From: Octopus sinensis
Taxonomy: Eukaryota
NCBI RefSeq assembly: GCF_006345805.1
Contig: NW_021836317.1
Location: forward strand, 1-64,000
DNA length: 64,000 nt
Reading direction: 5' to 3'
Shown here: positions 12,726 through 25,793 of the stretch, in pieces
Position numbering within the stretch: position 1 is the first letter of the stretch
How the letters are laid out: the number at the start of each line of letters is the position of its first letter
Program-made: the position numbers and the translations under genes
The notes under the pieces: generated by a model
Seen by the model: only the letters and a program-made list of their open reading frames with translations
The model's database searches: none
What the model was told of the DNA's origin: nothing

Positions 12726-12968
12726 ATGCGCCCTTTTAAAGCCTACACAGATTCATGGGCCCGGGTTCCCAGTTTCAATGGCGTATGTGTACCCCAGCTG
12801 GACGGGACGCCAGTCAATCGCAGTGTTACTCATTTTTGCCAGGTGAGTGGACTGGAGCAACGTGAAACGAAGTGTTTTACTCAAGAACACAAAGCGTCGC
12901 CCGTTCTAGGAATCGAAACCACAATCTTACGATCATAGTGCTGACACCCTAACCACTAAATCAAGCAC
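12726..12968 (-). mobile_element. tRNA-derived SINE (family C)
   Basis: Reverse complement gives head tttagtggttagggtgtcagcac...ggtttcgattcc, then gtgttcttgagtaaaacac. Confidence 0.7.
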
Positions 12969-13403
12969 CAACACGCACACACACATATATATATATTCAT
13001 TCTTGGCACTTACTCTATATCTCTAACAAAGCTTTTTGTTCTTTATAAATTTAACCATATGCTGTAAATTAGTAAGTATACGAATGTTGTTTTAATTTTG
13101 ATTAATCATATTATGATCCAATCGTCCTTTTGAACGCAATACTATATCGAAAGATCCTATCTATTCTGCTATTACATCGAATGTTCGTTAGGAAGAACAA
13201 ATTTCAGCAATTCTTTTGATATTTATACGCTTCCATATTTACATATTCTTCGGTTGCAAATCTCATCCACCCAATTATTTCGATATTAATTATTTTGCAA
13301 TCTCTTCATTTAGTGTTGTTAGTGTTATTGAACTGATACAGCAAAATCTACCGATTACTCTCCTTTGTCACTTCTATTATAGCTTTGAAAAAAAATAACA
13401 GGT

Positions 13404-13892
13404 AAAATCAAAATGCGCTCGTCAAAACCTGCTCTCAGAATAAGTACAAGGTAAAATTACTACCTGCTTTTACAGCAAATTGATGCAGGTAGTTTATCTC
13501 GTTCCCCATCCGATTTTTGGTTCATGCAAGTGAAACAAAACACCGCATTATTTATGGCATGACCCAAAATATTAGTGTTGTTTTTATTGGAATTATGAAT
13601 AAGGCGGCGAGGTGGCAGAGATGTTAGCAAGCCAGGCAAAGTGCTAACCGCTAATTCCGCAGTCTTTACTTTCCGATTTCAAATTCCCGCAAGGTTGACG
13701 TTGCCGTTCATCCTTTCGGGGTCGATAATTTAAAATCAAAATGCACTCGTCAAAATCTGCACTGAGAATAAGTTCATGGTCAAATTACTACCTGCTTTTA
13801 CAGCAATTTGATGCAGGTAATTTATCCTGTCCCCCTCCGATTTTTAGTTCATGCAAGTGAAAAACAACTGCATTATTTATAGGATGACCCAA
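13404..13892. repeat. About 165-bp direct repeat (13404-13568, 13732-13892) flanking a SINE A 5' fragment (13601-13728)
   Basis: Both copies start aaaatcaaaatgc(g/a)ctcgtcaaaa and end atgacccaa, with scattered substitutions. Confidence 0.85.
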
Positions 13893-13989
13893 TCACGATA
13901 CAGCAGCACTTATCTTATGACTGACAGGGGAGGCAAGCTCTCTACAGCTTCTGGGGCGTAAATGGAAACGTAGTGTGCCGGTGCCTTTG

Positions 13990-14170
13990 GTGGCTTTTGA
14001 GGCTGAGGAGAGAATACAAGAGGTGGAGGCATATATCTCAAGGAAAAGTTTGCAGGGAACGAGGAAAAGCGAGTCGCTTTCTGTGTCTTCCATGTTCCAT
14101 CTTTGCCTCTAGCCACCTATTTACCATCAGGTCAATACTCTCCAGGATAGCATATCACTTATTTGGGGCG
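13990..14170 (+). pseudogene. Possible degraded apurinic-type endonuclease of a non-LTR retrotransposon
   Basis: GC-richer island; one frame reads TRGGGIYLKEKF...LATYLPSGQ, resembling RGGGVxxYV...YRPP motifs; stops on both sides. Confidence 0.4.
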
Positions 14171-14850
14171 GTGGGTGGCGATTGTCTCCCAAGTATTTAG
14201 GTAAATGGAGCAGCGGAGGAGAGGAGCGTCGAGCTGGTCTCGAAATCAGAATTTGCGTACTTCTAGTTGTCTGTAAATGAAGCAGCGCAAAAATACGCAG
14301 CCAAAATACTTACTCAATGCTGAGAGAGTTAGATAAACTTATAACGGAGAAGCATACATATTTTGATAAAATTTGAAGGTTTTGAATCCGGAACATAAGG
14401 AGTCGCAATGAAATTCGTTAGGCAATTTATCGGCTAATTTAATATTACTGACAAGAAACATTCTTCTAGAATAACTAGAGAAAAATTATAAGAATGATTA
14501 CACAATTAAGGTCAATAGCAACTTCAATTATGAACTGACTTTGTTAAAATCTAATTCGATGTATCGCATGCATCACAGAAAATTCACTCACAAAACATTT
14601 CAAAGGGAAGAACACTTATGTGTACACAAATTTCGAAGCAGAATTTTGTTGTAACGCGAGCAAATTGAGTATTTTAAAATGCAAAGTACAAATGTTAATT
14701 TAATTGTGTCATAAAAGAAGGAGGGAATTTAATGTAAAGGTTAACACTTACAGTCATCGTGTTCTATCATATATGCAAAGAAATCATTTTGAAACATGGA
14801 AACGAAATGCAAAGATTTAATAAACTACATAAGGAAATAATGATGCTATC

Positions 14851-14930
<80 letters not shown>

Positions 14931-14955
14931 ATACATATATATATGTATGTATGTA

Positions 14956-14991
<36 letters not shown>

Positions 14992-15273
14992 TAGTGATGC
15001 TAATACAATTGTAGACAAAATAACTCACTCTTCCTATTTCGCACACACACACACACACACTCTTTCTCCCTCTCCCTCTCTCTCTCTCTCTCTAATAATA
15101 TTCTCTAATATTTATATAGCTGTATGTGTGCGGTAGTGTGTGTCTATCCAAAAGTATTCACAACCACTATTTAAATAAACGTACACATACATACTGAAAC
15201 ATAAATGCATACATACATAAATTCATACATTCACACACATACATATGCATATATATATATATATATATATATA

Positions 15274-15319
<46 letters not shown>

Positions 15320-16676
15320 TATATGGCAGAAGCAACAGGGCGACTCAATGTTCGATTGCCTCGTGCGTATAGAGTGACCGCGTGAATCTCTCGGACCTTG
15401 ACTCAGTGTCTTGCTTCCGCTAAATATTGATAAACATTTACATATACTCATATTTTGGGTTCTATTTCTCCTGTTTAAATCACCATATGTGTATGTGTGT
15501 ATATATATATATGTATGTGTGTAGGAATTCGGTTGCGTTCCATTACTTGATAGATGAAAAAAATATATACAACCAAACGACATAACATAATGTAAAAGTA
15601 AACGTGAGACAAACAAAGTCCATAATTATCCATCAGCTATCGATCAACGGCACTTTGCAATTTCGTACCTATAAGGATAAGACTGAATGCTTCCCAACTG
15701 CGGTGCCTGCAAAAAAAATAAAGGTTTACTGGTTTGCACAACAATCTGCGCAGATGATCCATCAACTGTGACGAAACGTTTGGGTTGTGCCTAAGTTCAT
15801 TCTTTCTATGAAATCCGCATTAGCTGTAAAGGTGGACATGGCTTAGACGTATTAATAATAAGTCAGAGATATTCGTTTCAGATCTCGCAGAATACGGTGG
15901 AAAGAGAGAATTGTTATCAGGTGACAGTTATATGCACTGATCAGAGAAGATTTTGTTCGCTGAAATTGTAAACAAAGGTTATTTGTCTAGATTCAAGAGA
16001 TCAGGATGCGTCTTGCTGATGAAGTACATTTTGCGCCGTTCCAACCGTAGCCTCGTCTTTGACACACTTCTACAGCGGAATTGCATCAATGACCAGGATA
16101 CTTTTGGTGCGACGGAAATTCTTGACACCAATTAATGAGTGCTTTAGTGAAATTTAAAGTCTGTTTTTGTGTGCTTTTGCCTAGGAATTATGTGTCTTCC
16201 ACGCTGTAATCGTTTTATATGCATCACAGGGGTCAATCTAATGTAGTTTACGAGATAAAACAACACGGTAATGCTATAGAAATACATAAAAATGAATGTT
16301 TTGAAAACCAATAATAATAACGAAACAATCATACTAACAATGGCAGTGAATAAATAAATAAAATTTGAATAAATTACCTGAAAAGCAATTACTTTCTAAT
16401 GGTGATGCTATCGAAAGGAAACGAGGAACTAATCAGTAAATTTCTTCTTTTGGAGATATTTTCATTACATGGTGAGTATGCCGAAGAAGAACGAAATGTG
16501 ATTATAATGGCTTGCGAACTATTTTAATTTGTAACTTAATTTCTTTTCGATTTACGTCTATTGTGATGCTATTTTAAAAAGCCACCACTGACATATAAAC
16601 CTAATTCGCTCAAATTTCTTCATTTGACGGACAATAAAATTTTCCTGTAAGATACGAGTTTGTCTTAACCTTACAG

Positions 16677-16893
16677 GACATTGGTGCGATGTCGAATGAT
16701 TGGTTTAGATATTTGGTTTACAATCATGAATTACGGGATTCGATGCAATAGCGAAGAATTATACGCCCACGTATTGAAATATCATTGTAGCCCCAGGGAA
16801 AACTCAGACTTGTCATTGAAATTTGGATCCACGTTATCTACGTCAGGCTCCTTGGCGGACGGAGTATGCCGATGGTTCGAAAGCCCTGGGATA
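16677..16893 (+). CDS. Candidate exon (phase 2 to 0) ending ...GSTLSTSGSLADGVCRWFESPGI
   Basis: Acceptor tttgtcttaaccttacag, donor ata|gtaagc, 72 open codons; phase does not join the nearest candidate exons. Confidence 0.25.
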
Positions 16894-18285
16894 GTAAGCA
16901 CTATATTGTACTGAACAGTGGATAATATCGTTGAGACTTGAAATACACAGCTGAATGTATAAATGGAAAGCTCAGTGGTCCAAACCCCAAATACCTACGC
17001 TCATATCATTGGGTATAATTCAAAAGAGATGAAACCGCGTGCGGTTATTTGGGAGTCTTTGAAAATTCATTAAAAATATTTAAATGGCAGCGTGATTCTT
17101 TAAACCTCGCTGTCGAGGAAGAAAATTGTAGATTATTTCTAGTTGTGTGAAAGATATTGTTGTCATGGAGATGTTGTACACTTAGAAGTATTGTGCAATA
17201 AGTCACACAAGTCTCTCTCTTCTGAACGGCAAAATGGAGGAAGTGGATTTTCTTATTTTGAATCAACAATTGCCTACGCGGCAAATATACATTCTCCTCG
17301 CCGTTAGAGTTATATAAAAAAATGAAATGTCCAATAGTCATTGAAAATATCCGCCCTCAACCCTGTTTGATTTTTATAGAACTTGATGTCATATCCTCTA
17401 TTTGTTGGGTCTGTTGCATAATAGCATTAATACAACTTGTGTCAAGTTGTATTCCTTTAGAAAGCAAATAATTTGGTTAATCTACATCTGAGTAAACTGA
17501 TATCGGTATTGGGGAATTAATTTCTGTCTTAATCGCTGTCAGAGACGTTGAGATAAACCTGACACTTAAAACTCTAAAATTATAAACCTATCGAACATAC
17601 GCGATTTTATGGAGTCACAAGAGCAGCTATAAAGAGGAGATACATCATTGCTCATATCACACTCCACCACTTCTGAAAAAAGAAGATTCCATTGATCATA
17701 TGATCTCCTGAATAACAAATGGCTGCGTGGGCACAGCTGAGCTATTTTGATCATTGATCTGATTTGATACGATGATCAAAAATCAGCAACGATTTCCAAA
17801 ATAATAACAAAAGTAAAAATAACAGGAAAAACAGAAGAACCAATGCCAATGGTTCAATGAAGACGTCACAACTGCTACAACACCCCGATATCAGTAACTG
17901 ATTTCTAAACCACAGCTCAACTAAATTTGTCATTTTTCGTTAATCGGTTACAATCTTGATTCAACAGTATTGGAGATTTTAGATTCGAATCTGTCATATT
18001 CAGATCGATAACACATTTTTATTAACTTTATTTAGCACTCGTCTTTTAATTTCTTGACGTCTCACGTGAGATAAAAGATATCCATAGTGCTTTGCTAAAT
18101 ATAATGGAGTACACCTATGACTAAAGGTTTTGGAATCCATGACAAACTTTTTATTGAGTATCTAAACCTCCATTGCATAAAGTGTCATTATGACGATGGG
18201 TTTTCATCTCTGGCGGGTAGAACGACCATGTAAAGGCTTTCTCGCTTAAAATGCGAAAATCTTTGTAATATTGCATTTGTGAAGT

Positions 18286-18460
18286 CGGCGAGCTGGCACA
18301 AAAGTTAGCACACCGGGCGAAATGTCTTTATATTCTGAGTTCGATTCTGCCTTTCATCCTTTTCGTGTCGATAAATTAAACACCAGTTGCATAATGGGGG
18401 CGATCTAATCGACTTTCCCCCTCCCCAAAAATGTCGGGCCTTGTACCTAGAGAAGGAAAG
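18286..18460 (+). mobile_element. SINE family A, diverged
   Basis: ggcgagctggcacaaaagttagcacaccgggcgaaatg head and cctttcatccttttcgtgtcgataaatt body. Confidence 0.75.
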
Positions 18461-18632
18461 GATATTGTGTCTGTGAGGTTAAAGTCACCAGTGCTACATT
18501 ATCATAAACGCATTTTTGTTAGTGTCTGTGGTCTTCTCTGTATCGTTTCTACCATCGATAAAATATTCTTATTTTATTGATCATTTAGGAAAGTATTCCT
18601 TGTGTGAATTTATCTTTTACCCTGCATCACAG

Positions 18633-18715
18633 CCCCACACACAGTAATTTTCACTTCTTCATGCCCATGGAATAATTTACAAAGAAATTACAGCAGTGGT
18701 GGCCCAGAACCTCAT
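18633..18715 (+). CDS. Candidate internal exon (phase 1 to 0), PHTVIFTSSCPWNNLQRNYSSGGPEPH
   Basis: Strong acceptor tttatcttttaccctgcatcacag, donor cat|gtgagt; phase-compatible with 12200-12350 and 22202-22369. Confidence 0.3.
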
Positions 18716-18879
18716 GTGAGTGTCACTCATTTACGAGAAGAAACTTTAAATGCACATGACTGTCAGACAAATTTACACTTGCCTTGCACAATACAATATT
18801 AATAAGAGCACTGGGAGAGAGCGAAACTCCACCGAAGTAACATCGATGTCCTCTCAACCATTTGCCAGAAAGGGTTTTT

Positions 18880-19188
18880 TTTATATGAGAATATCTGAAA
18901 TATACTCGACTGCTTTCACAAACGAGAATAATAAATTTGAACCCGACCGCTCGCAAAAATTAATACAAAAAACGAAAAAGAAAAATAATTCAGAACCCTT
19001 CTCCTGTATCGGATCGATCCCAAAATATAATCGTTTCGTGCCAGTCACGAGACCAAACATCTCTGAAGGTTTCATGAGAATTCATCCAGTGGTTCTGGAG
19101 ATAACGTGTCCAAGGATAACAAACAAACAAACGAAGAAGCATGATGGAAAGCAATACTTTCCGGCTTCGCTAATGCGGAAGTAATAAA
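18880..19188 (-). mobile_element. Non-autonomous Helentron-type (HINE/DINE-like) element
   Basis: Terminal stem-loop tactttccg...cggaagta (19155-19183) next to a (gttt)n microsatellite, a layout typical of HINE-type repeats; classification from memory. Confidence 0.5.
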
Positions 19189-20095
19189 CTTGAAGCATTT
19201 ATGCTAATATACACGAGTTCCTGCACTTATGCTAATCGAGGCGTTTCATTTAATTAAGTAAATTTAGCGCTTGCTCAATTTACAATGTGTTGCCCTAGGT
19301 GACGAAGCCTGGTCCTTAAAAATCATAAAACCGGAGAAGATTTAGGAAGCAAAGTTTCCGGAAAACCAATGATGTCTCTCTCGTTCACAATTACTTGGCA
19401 TTCATAAAATACCCAATAATTATACTACGTGCTTCTTGATGCCTTCAAGTGACAATATTGCTCCAGTGAGATCAGCAAATATCAAAGCCTCGACAGAGTT
19501 CTTTAAATTCAAATAATGAATGTGAACCTACATGTCATGTGAAGTCATCTATTTTTATTATAATACTACAAAATAGCAACTTCCATTCCTTTACGTGTTT
19601 GGAATTATCTAAATGAAAAATTATTCGTATAAATTGGATGTTAATTAAAGAAGTAATTGATGGTAAATTTTATAAAATTATGATTACCAAAAGAATAATT
19701 TTTAAAACGAAATTTACTGCTTTGAGTGATTACGAAAAAAGATGAATAAACAATTAGGTAATCCGTTTACGATGCCCAAGGATTTAAATAAAGAAAATTC
19801 AATACATCATGGAGGATCTACTTAGCATTAGTGAAGAAAAGCTACTAAATCATCGTCACCGTTCTTGCAATTTGAATTTAAGATGCGAACGTTAAGCCAA
19901 CCGACCAGTGATCAATCACATAACGCTAGCGATGAAGACAGTAGAAGATATTATAGATCCTTCGGCCAAACTCAAAACTTTACTGATTCCGAAATCTGCA
20001 TATAAAATACGGTACACGAACACTGTACAGAAAACTACACCATGACTGTCAAATATATCAATCACTCTCTCTCCATTTTCTTTCCTTCTTTGCCT

Positions 20096-20126
<31 letters not shown>

Positions 20127-20129
20127 ATA

Positions 20130-20331
20130 TCTTTTATAATTATGAATATAATTATAATAGGGTTCAGCAAAAATAAATTGTTTTACCATATACCGATGCT
20201 ATGCTGAACCCTAATTATAATTATATTCATTGCATTAAGTTTACCGAAAATGGCCCTTTTAACATGCCGAATACTACTTGGTGGAATTCTTAATTCTTAA
20301 TTAATTAATTAATTTTACCCTATATTATTAT

Positions 20332-20335
<4 letters not shown>
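20130..20335 (-). mobile_element. Short fold-back element in (TA)n
   Basis: 28/29-bp inverted repeat 20142-20169 / 20202-20230; reverse-complement leader aataataatatagggtaaaatt. Confidence 0.6.
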
Positions 20336-20375
<40 letters not shown>

Positions 20376-20394
20376 GTGTGTGTGTGTGTGTGTG

Positions 20395-20480
20395 AATGAA
20401 ATCATGGGCGACATATTTCTTTCCAAAGATTTTACATATTTTCCCAATGCAAATAGCAACATACCGTGTACAATATCGTT
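20395..20480 (+). repeat. 86-bp copy of 22229-22314 embedded in a (TG)n tract
   Basis: Direct comparison shows 3 mismatches in 86 bp; (TG)n on both sides. Confidence 0.9.
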
Positions 20481-21039
20481 GTGTGTGTGTGTGTGTGTGT
20501 ATTATAATAAAGAATAAAAATCTTTAATGATTTTACCACGTGGTCAGCTCGGAAATAAAAACCTCATAGGAAAATTTTAGAAAATATTTGATAATTATAT
20601 ACATAATTATGAATAGGGATTGGATATACGCCTCGCCATGCACTGTCAATTATAAGAAATGTTTTAACTTTGAGGTGAAGAATAATTCAATTTTGTTTTT
20701 CCTTTTTTCTTAAAATATTCCTTTCTTATATTTTTACAAGGAGGCTGATTGGAGCTTTCCAATTTCTGCCTTCTAATCTTTGTCGAACTGACCATAGGTG
20801 TCAAACCACACACCCATTTATTATATACAGTACTCTCTCTTTCTGTCACATTTTCTTCTCTCTCTCTCTCTCTCTCTCAATCGCTCTTAACACATGCACA
20901 TACACACACACACACACACATTCACACAAACAAGCACCACAAGCGCACGCACACACATACACAGATATATGCGTGGTCTGATCAATAAGTATCCAGACGA
21001 AGCACTTTTCGAGTGTTAGGCCGCATGAAGGCAATATGG

Positions 21040-21508
21040 CTCACGCTGGTGTCGCATAACTGACAGGTAAAAAGCACCTTTGGAGCGTTCAGCCTCACAG
21101 AGGCAACATCAAATTACTGGGACCTTTGACAATATGCCATGCTTTAGAAAAAGACTCTGCAAACCAAGGGGAAGCGTAGTTCTGACAGGTACTGGTGCCA
21201 CGCAACTGAAACCCGTACCTGTGGCATAAAAAAGCACCCATTACATTCTTGGAGTGGTTGGCGTGAGGAAGGTCATCCCGCCGTTGAAACCAACCCAAAT
21301 CAGAGTGGTGTCTGCTGCTGCCTTTCAGTTTATCGGTCCTTGTCAAACCGGCTAACACATACCAGCATTGATAACGGACGCTAAATGATGAGGATGATGA
21401 AGATGATAATAATGAAGACGATGATGATGATGATGATGATGATAATGATGATGATGATGATGATGATGAAGATGATGATGATGATGACATTGATGATCAT
21501 GACGATGG

Positions 21509-21540
<32 letters not shown>

Positions 21541-21545
21541 GTGTG
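21040..21545 (+). mobile_element. SINE with (GAT)n tail (family D)
   Basis: ggtgccacg...aaaaagcaccc...gtggttggcgtgaggaagg body ending ataacggacgctaaatgatg, running into about 160 bp of (GAT)n. Confidence 0.65.
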
Positions 21546-22201
21546 TATGGATGCGGTAATATGTGTACATGCTTTTCACTAATTGATATTTGTAATATTT
21601 GTAACAATTGAGGAAAGGTAAGTGGAATAACGGTTGTTTTCTACCATTTTATTTTTGCCGAAATTAATCTCCCTTGCGATTATTTTTTGTAGCGAGTTAT
21701 ATACACTCCCTTTACTCTTTTGCTTTGAGAATTACGTTCAGTCAATGACTGGCACGGTGGAATCCTATTACGAACATTGCATTGTTCAGCGATTGATATG
21801 TAAAATAAATGAATTAGACACGCTCTCACAGGAACAAAATACCAGACCAAAACCTGAATAATTCACGTTTTCTTTTATAATACAGTAAATGTTAAATGGC
21901 GTAGATTCGTGCCGAATTTGCAATTATTGTATTCAGCAGCTGCGCTATTTTATGTGAATTAGATCAGTGTTTCAAATTACTAGCCCCATTTTTCCGGGTT
22001 TTTTTTTCTTCTAAAAGTGAAAGTAATTAGTTTCCCAGAACGTATATTTCACCTGTCCTGAAATAAGTGTCATGTGAGCCGTGACATATAATCTGTTGTG
22101 TTGGGGAAAAAATGGAACAATGTCTGGCTAAAAGCTAAAAATTATTTACCTATGTCCGTGATGCTAAGGCACTTAAATATCGCATAACTCATTTTCGTTA
22201 G

Positions 22202-22369
22202 CTCTATACAAGTGCACCACACCATGTCAATGAAATCATGGACGACATATTTCTTTCGAAAGCTTTTACATATTTTCCCAATGCAAATAGCAACATACCG
22301 TGTACAATATCGTTATATTTGTGTAAATGTCCCTGCAACGTTAGCTCGGTCAGTCTCACATTTAAAAAG
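22202..22369 (+). CDS. Candidate exon (phase 0 to 0), LYTSAPHH...YFPNANSNIPCTISLYLCKCPCNVSSVSLTFKK
   Basis: Acceptor cattttcgttag, 56 open codons, weak donor aag|gttaag. Confidence 0.25.
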
Positions 22370-22771
22370 GTTAAGCATCAGTAGATAGTGTTTGTTATTT
22401 CAATATTTACGCGGTTAATGAAATAAATAGCAGTTTGAAAGTGTAATAAAAATGCAGTCGATCGCATCGAATAGCGGATTCCATAACTGAATAAAGTGTC
22501 TAATGGTTAAAGTAGCGAAAGAACATAGATAACGTTTACGTGTTTTATTTATATGTTGGTGTTGAACGAAATGGAATTGTCAGAGAGAGATTGAAATGTT
22601 TTTAACAAGTGAGCAAAAAAGATTAACAATGATTTACTATCCCCGAAATTTTATTAGTTGTACAAGAGACACAACGGCAATGAATATTTCATTGATGAAT
22701 AATTGTTGAATATTTATATTGAACGTTGAGTAAGGCCAGATATAGGCGGGGTATTTGGAGATATGATTTGC

Positions 22772-23175
22772 TTACTCTTTTCCTTTTTTACATGTTTCAG
22801 TCGTTTCACTGCGGCCATGCTGGAGCACCGCCATTAGTCGAGCAAATCTACTCCAAGGTTTATTCTTTGTAAACCGAGTTCTTATTCTATCCGTATCTTT
22901 TGCCGAACTGCTAGGTTACGGGGTTGTAAACACACCAGCATCGGTTGTCAAGCGATGTTGGGAGGGGGGACAAACACAGAAACAAAAACATATAAACACA
23001 CATACATATATACGATACGACGGTCCACTTTCAGTTTCCGTCTACCAAATCCACTCACAAGGCTTTGGTCGGCCCGAGGCTATAGTAGAAGACACTTGTC
23101 CGAGATGCCACGCAGTGGGACGGAAACCGAAACCATGTGGTTGGCAAGCAAACTACTTACCGCACAGATACTCCT
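22772..23175 (-). mobile_element. SINE family B, full length
   Basis: Reverse complement: head with A and B boxes, body ccttgtgagtggatttggtagacggaaactgaaag, internal microsatellite, tail ctccagcatggccgcag...gtaaaa. Confidence 0.9.
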
Positions 23176-23613
23176 GCGCCCAATAATTTCTTTTGAATAT
23201 TTACTTTATATTTTCGTAATAATTTCTTTAAATATTTTCATTCTGTTTCTTATTTTAGAGAATGGAATTCGGCCATGCTGGTGCAATACCTTGAAGCGTT
23301 TAATCAGGCTAATATTCCCTATACTTATTGTTTAACGTCGTATACATTGGAGAGCCCTCTAATGCTGAATAGCTCGGTTACGCGGACGTAACTCAGCTAA
23401 TTTGGCTACATATAGGAAAGAACACCGGTTGTGAAGCAATATGGTGTGGAGGTGGGCATAAAAGTGGCACACCGTCGGCTTCGACGATGATTATTACAGT
23501 TGAAACGGTCAACGGAACAGCCTGCTCAGGAAGTTAACTTGCAAGTGGTCGAGCCCTCCACAGTTACGCGTACTCTTAAAGCAATTCTCAGGAAGATTCG
23601 GCCCGATACAGAA

Positions 23614-24018
23614 TACTCTTTACTCTTTTACTTGTTTCAGTCATTTGACTGCGGCCATGCTGGGGCACCGCCTTTAATCGAGCAACTCGACCCCGGGACT
23701 TATTCTTTTGTAAGCCCAGTACTTATTCTATCGGTCTCTTTTGCCGAACCGCTAGGTGACGGGGACGTAAACACACCAGCATCGGTTGTCAAGCAATGCT
23801 AGGGGGACAAACACAGACATACAAACATACACACACATACATATATATATATACATATATACGATAGGTTTCTTTCAGTTTCCGTCTACCAAATCCACTC
23901 ACAAGGCATTGGTCGGCCCGATGCTACAGTAGAAGGCACCTGCCTAAGATGCCACGCAGTGGGACTGAACCCGGACCATGTGGTTGGTAAACAAGCTACT
24001 TACCATACAGCCACTCCT
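23614..24018 (-). mobile_element. SINE family B, full length
   Basis: Same tripartite structure; close to 25794-26194 and 47148-47545 in sequence. Confidence 0.9.
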
Positions 24019-24218
24019 GCGCTTATGTGACAAATTTGATCATTGAAATTCAACAAAAACTCATTTGTAACAGGTGAATAGACAACAGCAGCGAGAAGGA
24101 AAGCGCCTCCCGATATCGAACCCGCCACCTAACGAAAGTGAGCCGAATACACTCACCATGAAGCCATGCGCTTTCACATATTAATTCAAAGACACACACA
24201 CACATACACAATACTTAC

Positions 24219-24280
<62 letters not shown>

Positions 24281-24299
24281 GTTTGTTCCTTCTCGAGCA

Positions 24300-24568
24300 A
24301 TGCCAGGCTCATAAGGGTCGGTTTCCCGGTTTCCTTGGCGTATAGGTTCCCAACCTGGACTGGACGCCGGTCCGTCGCTACTGAACTGCAATGTGCAGGA
24401 GGAAAGAGTGAGAGAAAGTTTTGGCAAAAGAGTCAGCAGAAGTTCGCCATTACCTTCTGCCGGAGCCGCGTGGGGCTTAGGTGTTTCGCTCATAAACACA
24501 CATATTGCCCTATCTGAAATTCGAAACCACGATTCCGCTGCTCTAACCACTAAGACATGTGCCTCCAT
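24300..24568 (-). mobile_element. tRNA-derived SINE (family C-related)
   Basis: Reverse-complement head gaggcacatgtcttagtggttagagc...gtggtttcgaatttc; body similar to 49005-49160 and tail similar to 12726-12800. Confidence 0.65.
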
Positions 24569-24589
24569 ATAAATATATATATATATCTT

Positions 24590-24690
24590 CGCCATGATAG
24601 ATCGCTGGCCACTACACATTCTTTATTTTCTCTCCTTGTTTCTTTCTGTGTTCCTTTCTGTTGAAGAGCGTAGGCTCGAAACATCACCTA
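24590..24690 (+). mobile_element. Penelope-like tail fragment with degenerate hammerhead-like core
   Basis: ctgttga a gagc gtag gctc gaaac; near-identical fragment at 42935-43035. Confidence 0.5.
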
Positions 24691-24716
24691 TCTTCTTTTG
24701 GGTTTTTTCTGTGAAT

Positions 24717-24787
<71 letters not shown>

Positions 24788-25261
24788 ACCGGACACACAC
24801 ATACATATATAATGCAGGCTTTCACACACTTTCCATACCATATTCACTCACAAGGCATTGGTTGACTTAAATCTTTGGTAGAAGTCACGAAACCATGTCG
24901 CCCTTTTATTGGGATTGAATCCGAAGCAATATGACTGCTAAATCTCCTCACCACACAGCCAAGCGTAAGCGTATACTATTTATTTTCTCTTGCAGGTATA
25001 CATTATTAATATTGATAAATATCCTAAATACGTCCATACAACTTTAAAATTCACTGTAAAAATGTGTCAATTGGCGATAATTTGAAGGAACGAATGGGTT
25101 TTTATTTATTATCTATTCCGAGTCACATGTTTATAGAATTCGTTTCACGTTATTGATTTGAACAATTCCTAAATGAGCGATAATGGTCTAGTTGTTGTCT
25201 TTTTGTTTTTCTCTTTTTATTGATTACTTTATTTGAAATGTTTACGTTGCGGCTTTTACAG

Positions 25262-25324
25262 GGTAGTGGGTTTTCTTGACGGGATTCACACGAATCAATT
25301 ACCGCTTCCTGCATACTGGCGGCG
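25262..25324 (+). CDS. Candidate 63-nt symmetric exon (phase 2 to 2), VVGFLDGIHTNQLPLPAYWR
   Basis: Long pyrimidine-rich upstream tract ending ttttacag, donor gcg|gtgaga, single open frame. Confidence 0.25.
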
Positions 25325-25433
25325 GTGAGATTGAAATGCCAGTGCTTAAACAAAACGATGCAAAAACTATGGGAATAAGATTTGTAAAGAGACGCTATTA
25401 AGTTTTTTATCGACCATGTCAATAGTCTTCAAC

Positions 25434-25476
<43 letters not shown>

Positions 25477-25496
25477 TATATTATATATATATATAT

Positions 25497-25555
<59 letters not shown>

Positions 25556-25575
25556 CAATATATATATATATATAT

Positions 25576-25728
25576 ATTATATAAAAGGGCTTAGTAAAAT
25601 AAATTAATTTATTTTACTAAGCCCTTTTATATAATGTAATAATTTGAATTCGCCTTGAATGGTCCCTTTGCATACTGAACACTTGGTGAAATTGATTAAT
25701 AATTAATTAATTTTGCCCTCAATTGTTG

Positions 25729-25730
<2 letters not shown>
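25576..25730 (-). mobile_element. (TA)n-embedded element ending in a perfect 60-bp palindrome
   Basis: 25576-25635 equals its own reverse complement; remainder resembles 20240-20335. Confidence 0.7.
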
Positions 25731-25788
<58 letters not shown>

Positions 25789-25793
25789 TCAAT

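Noticed and set aside
16399-16471. MVMLSKGNEELISKFLLLEIFSLHG ending at a gtgagt donor, a possible first exon
   Set aside because: Hydrophobic core too weak for a signal peptide, and the phase does not join the next acceptor without a stop.
19916-19995. Minus-strand DFGISKVL after a good acceptor, resembling a kinase DFG exon
   Set aside because: No GT..Y..PE activation segment follows, the frame stops after 27 codons with no convincing donor, and no other kinase motifs are in the window.
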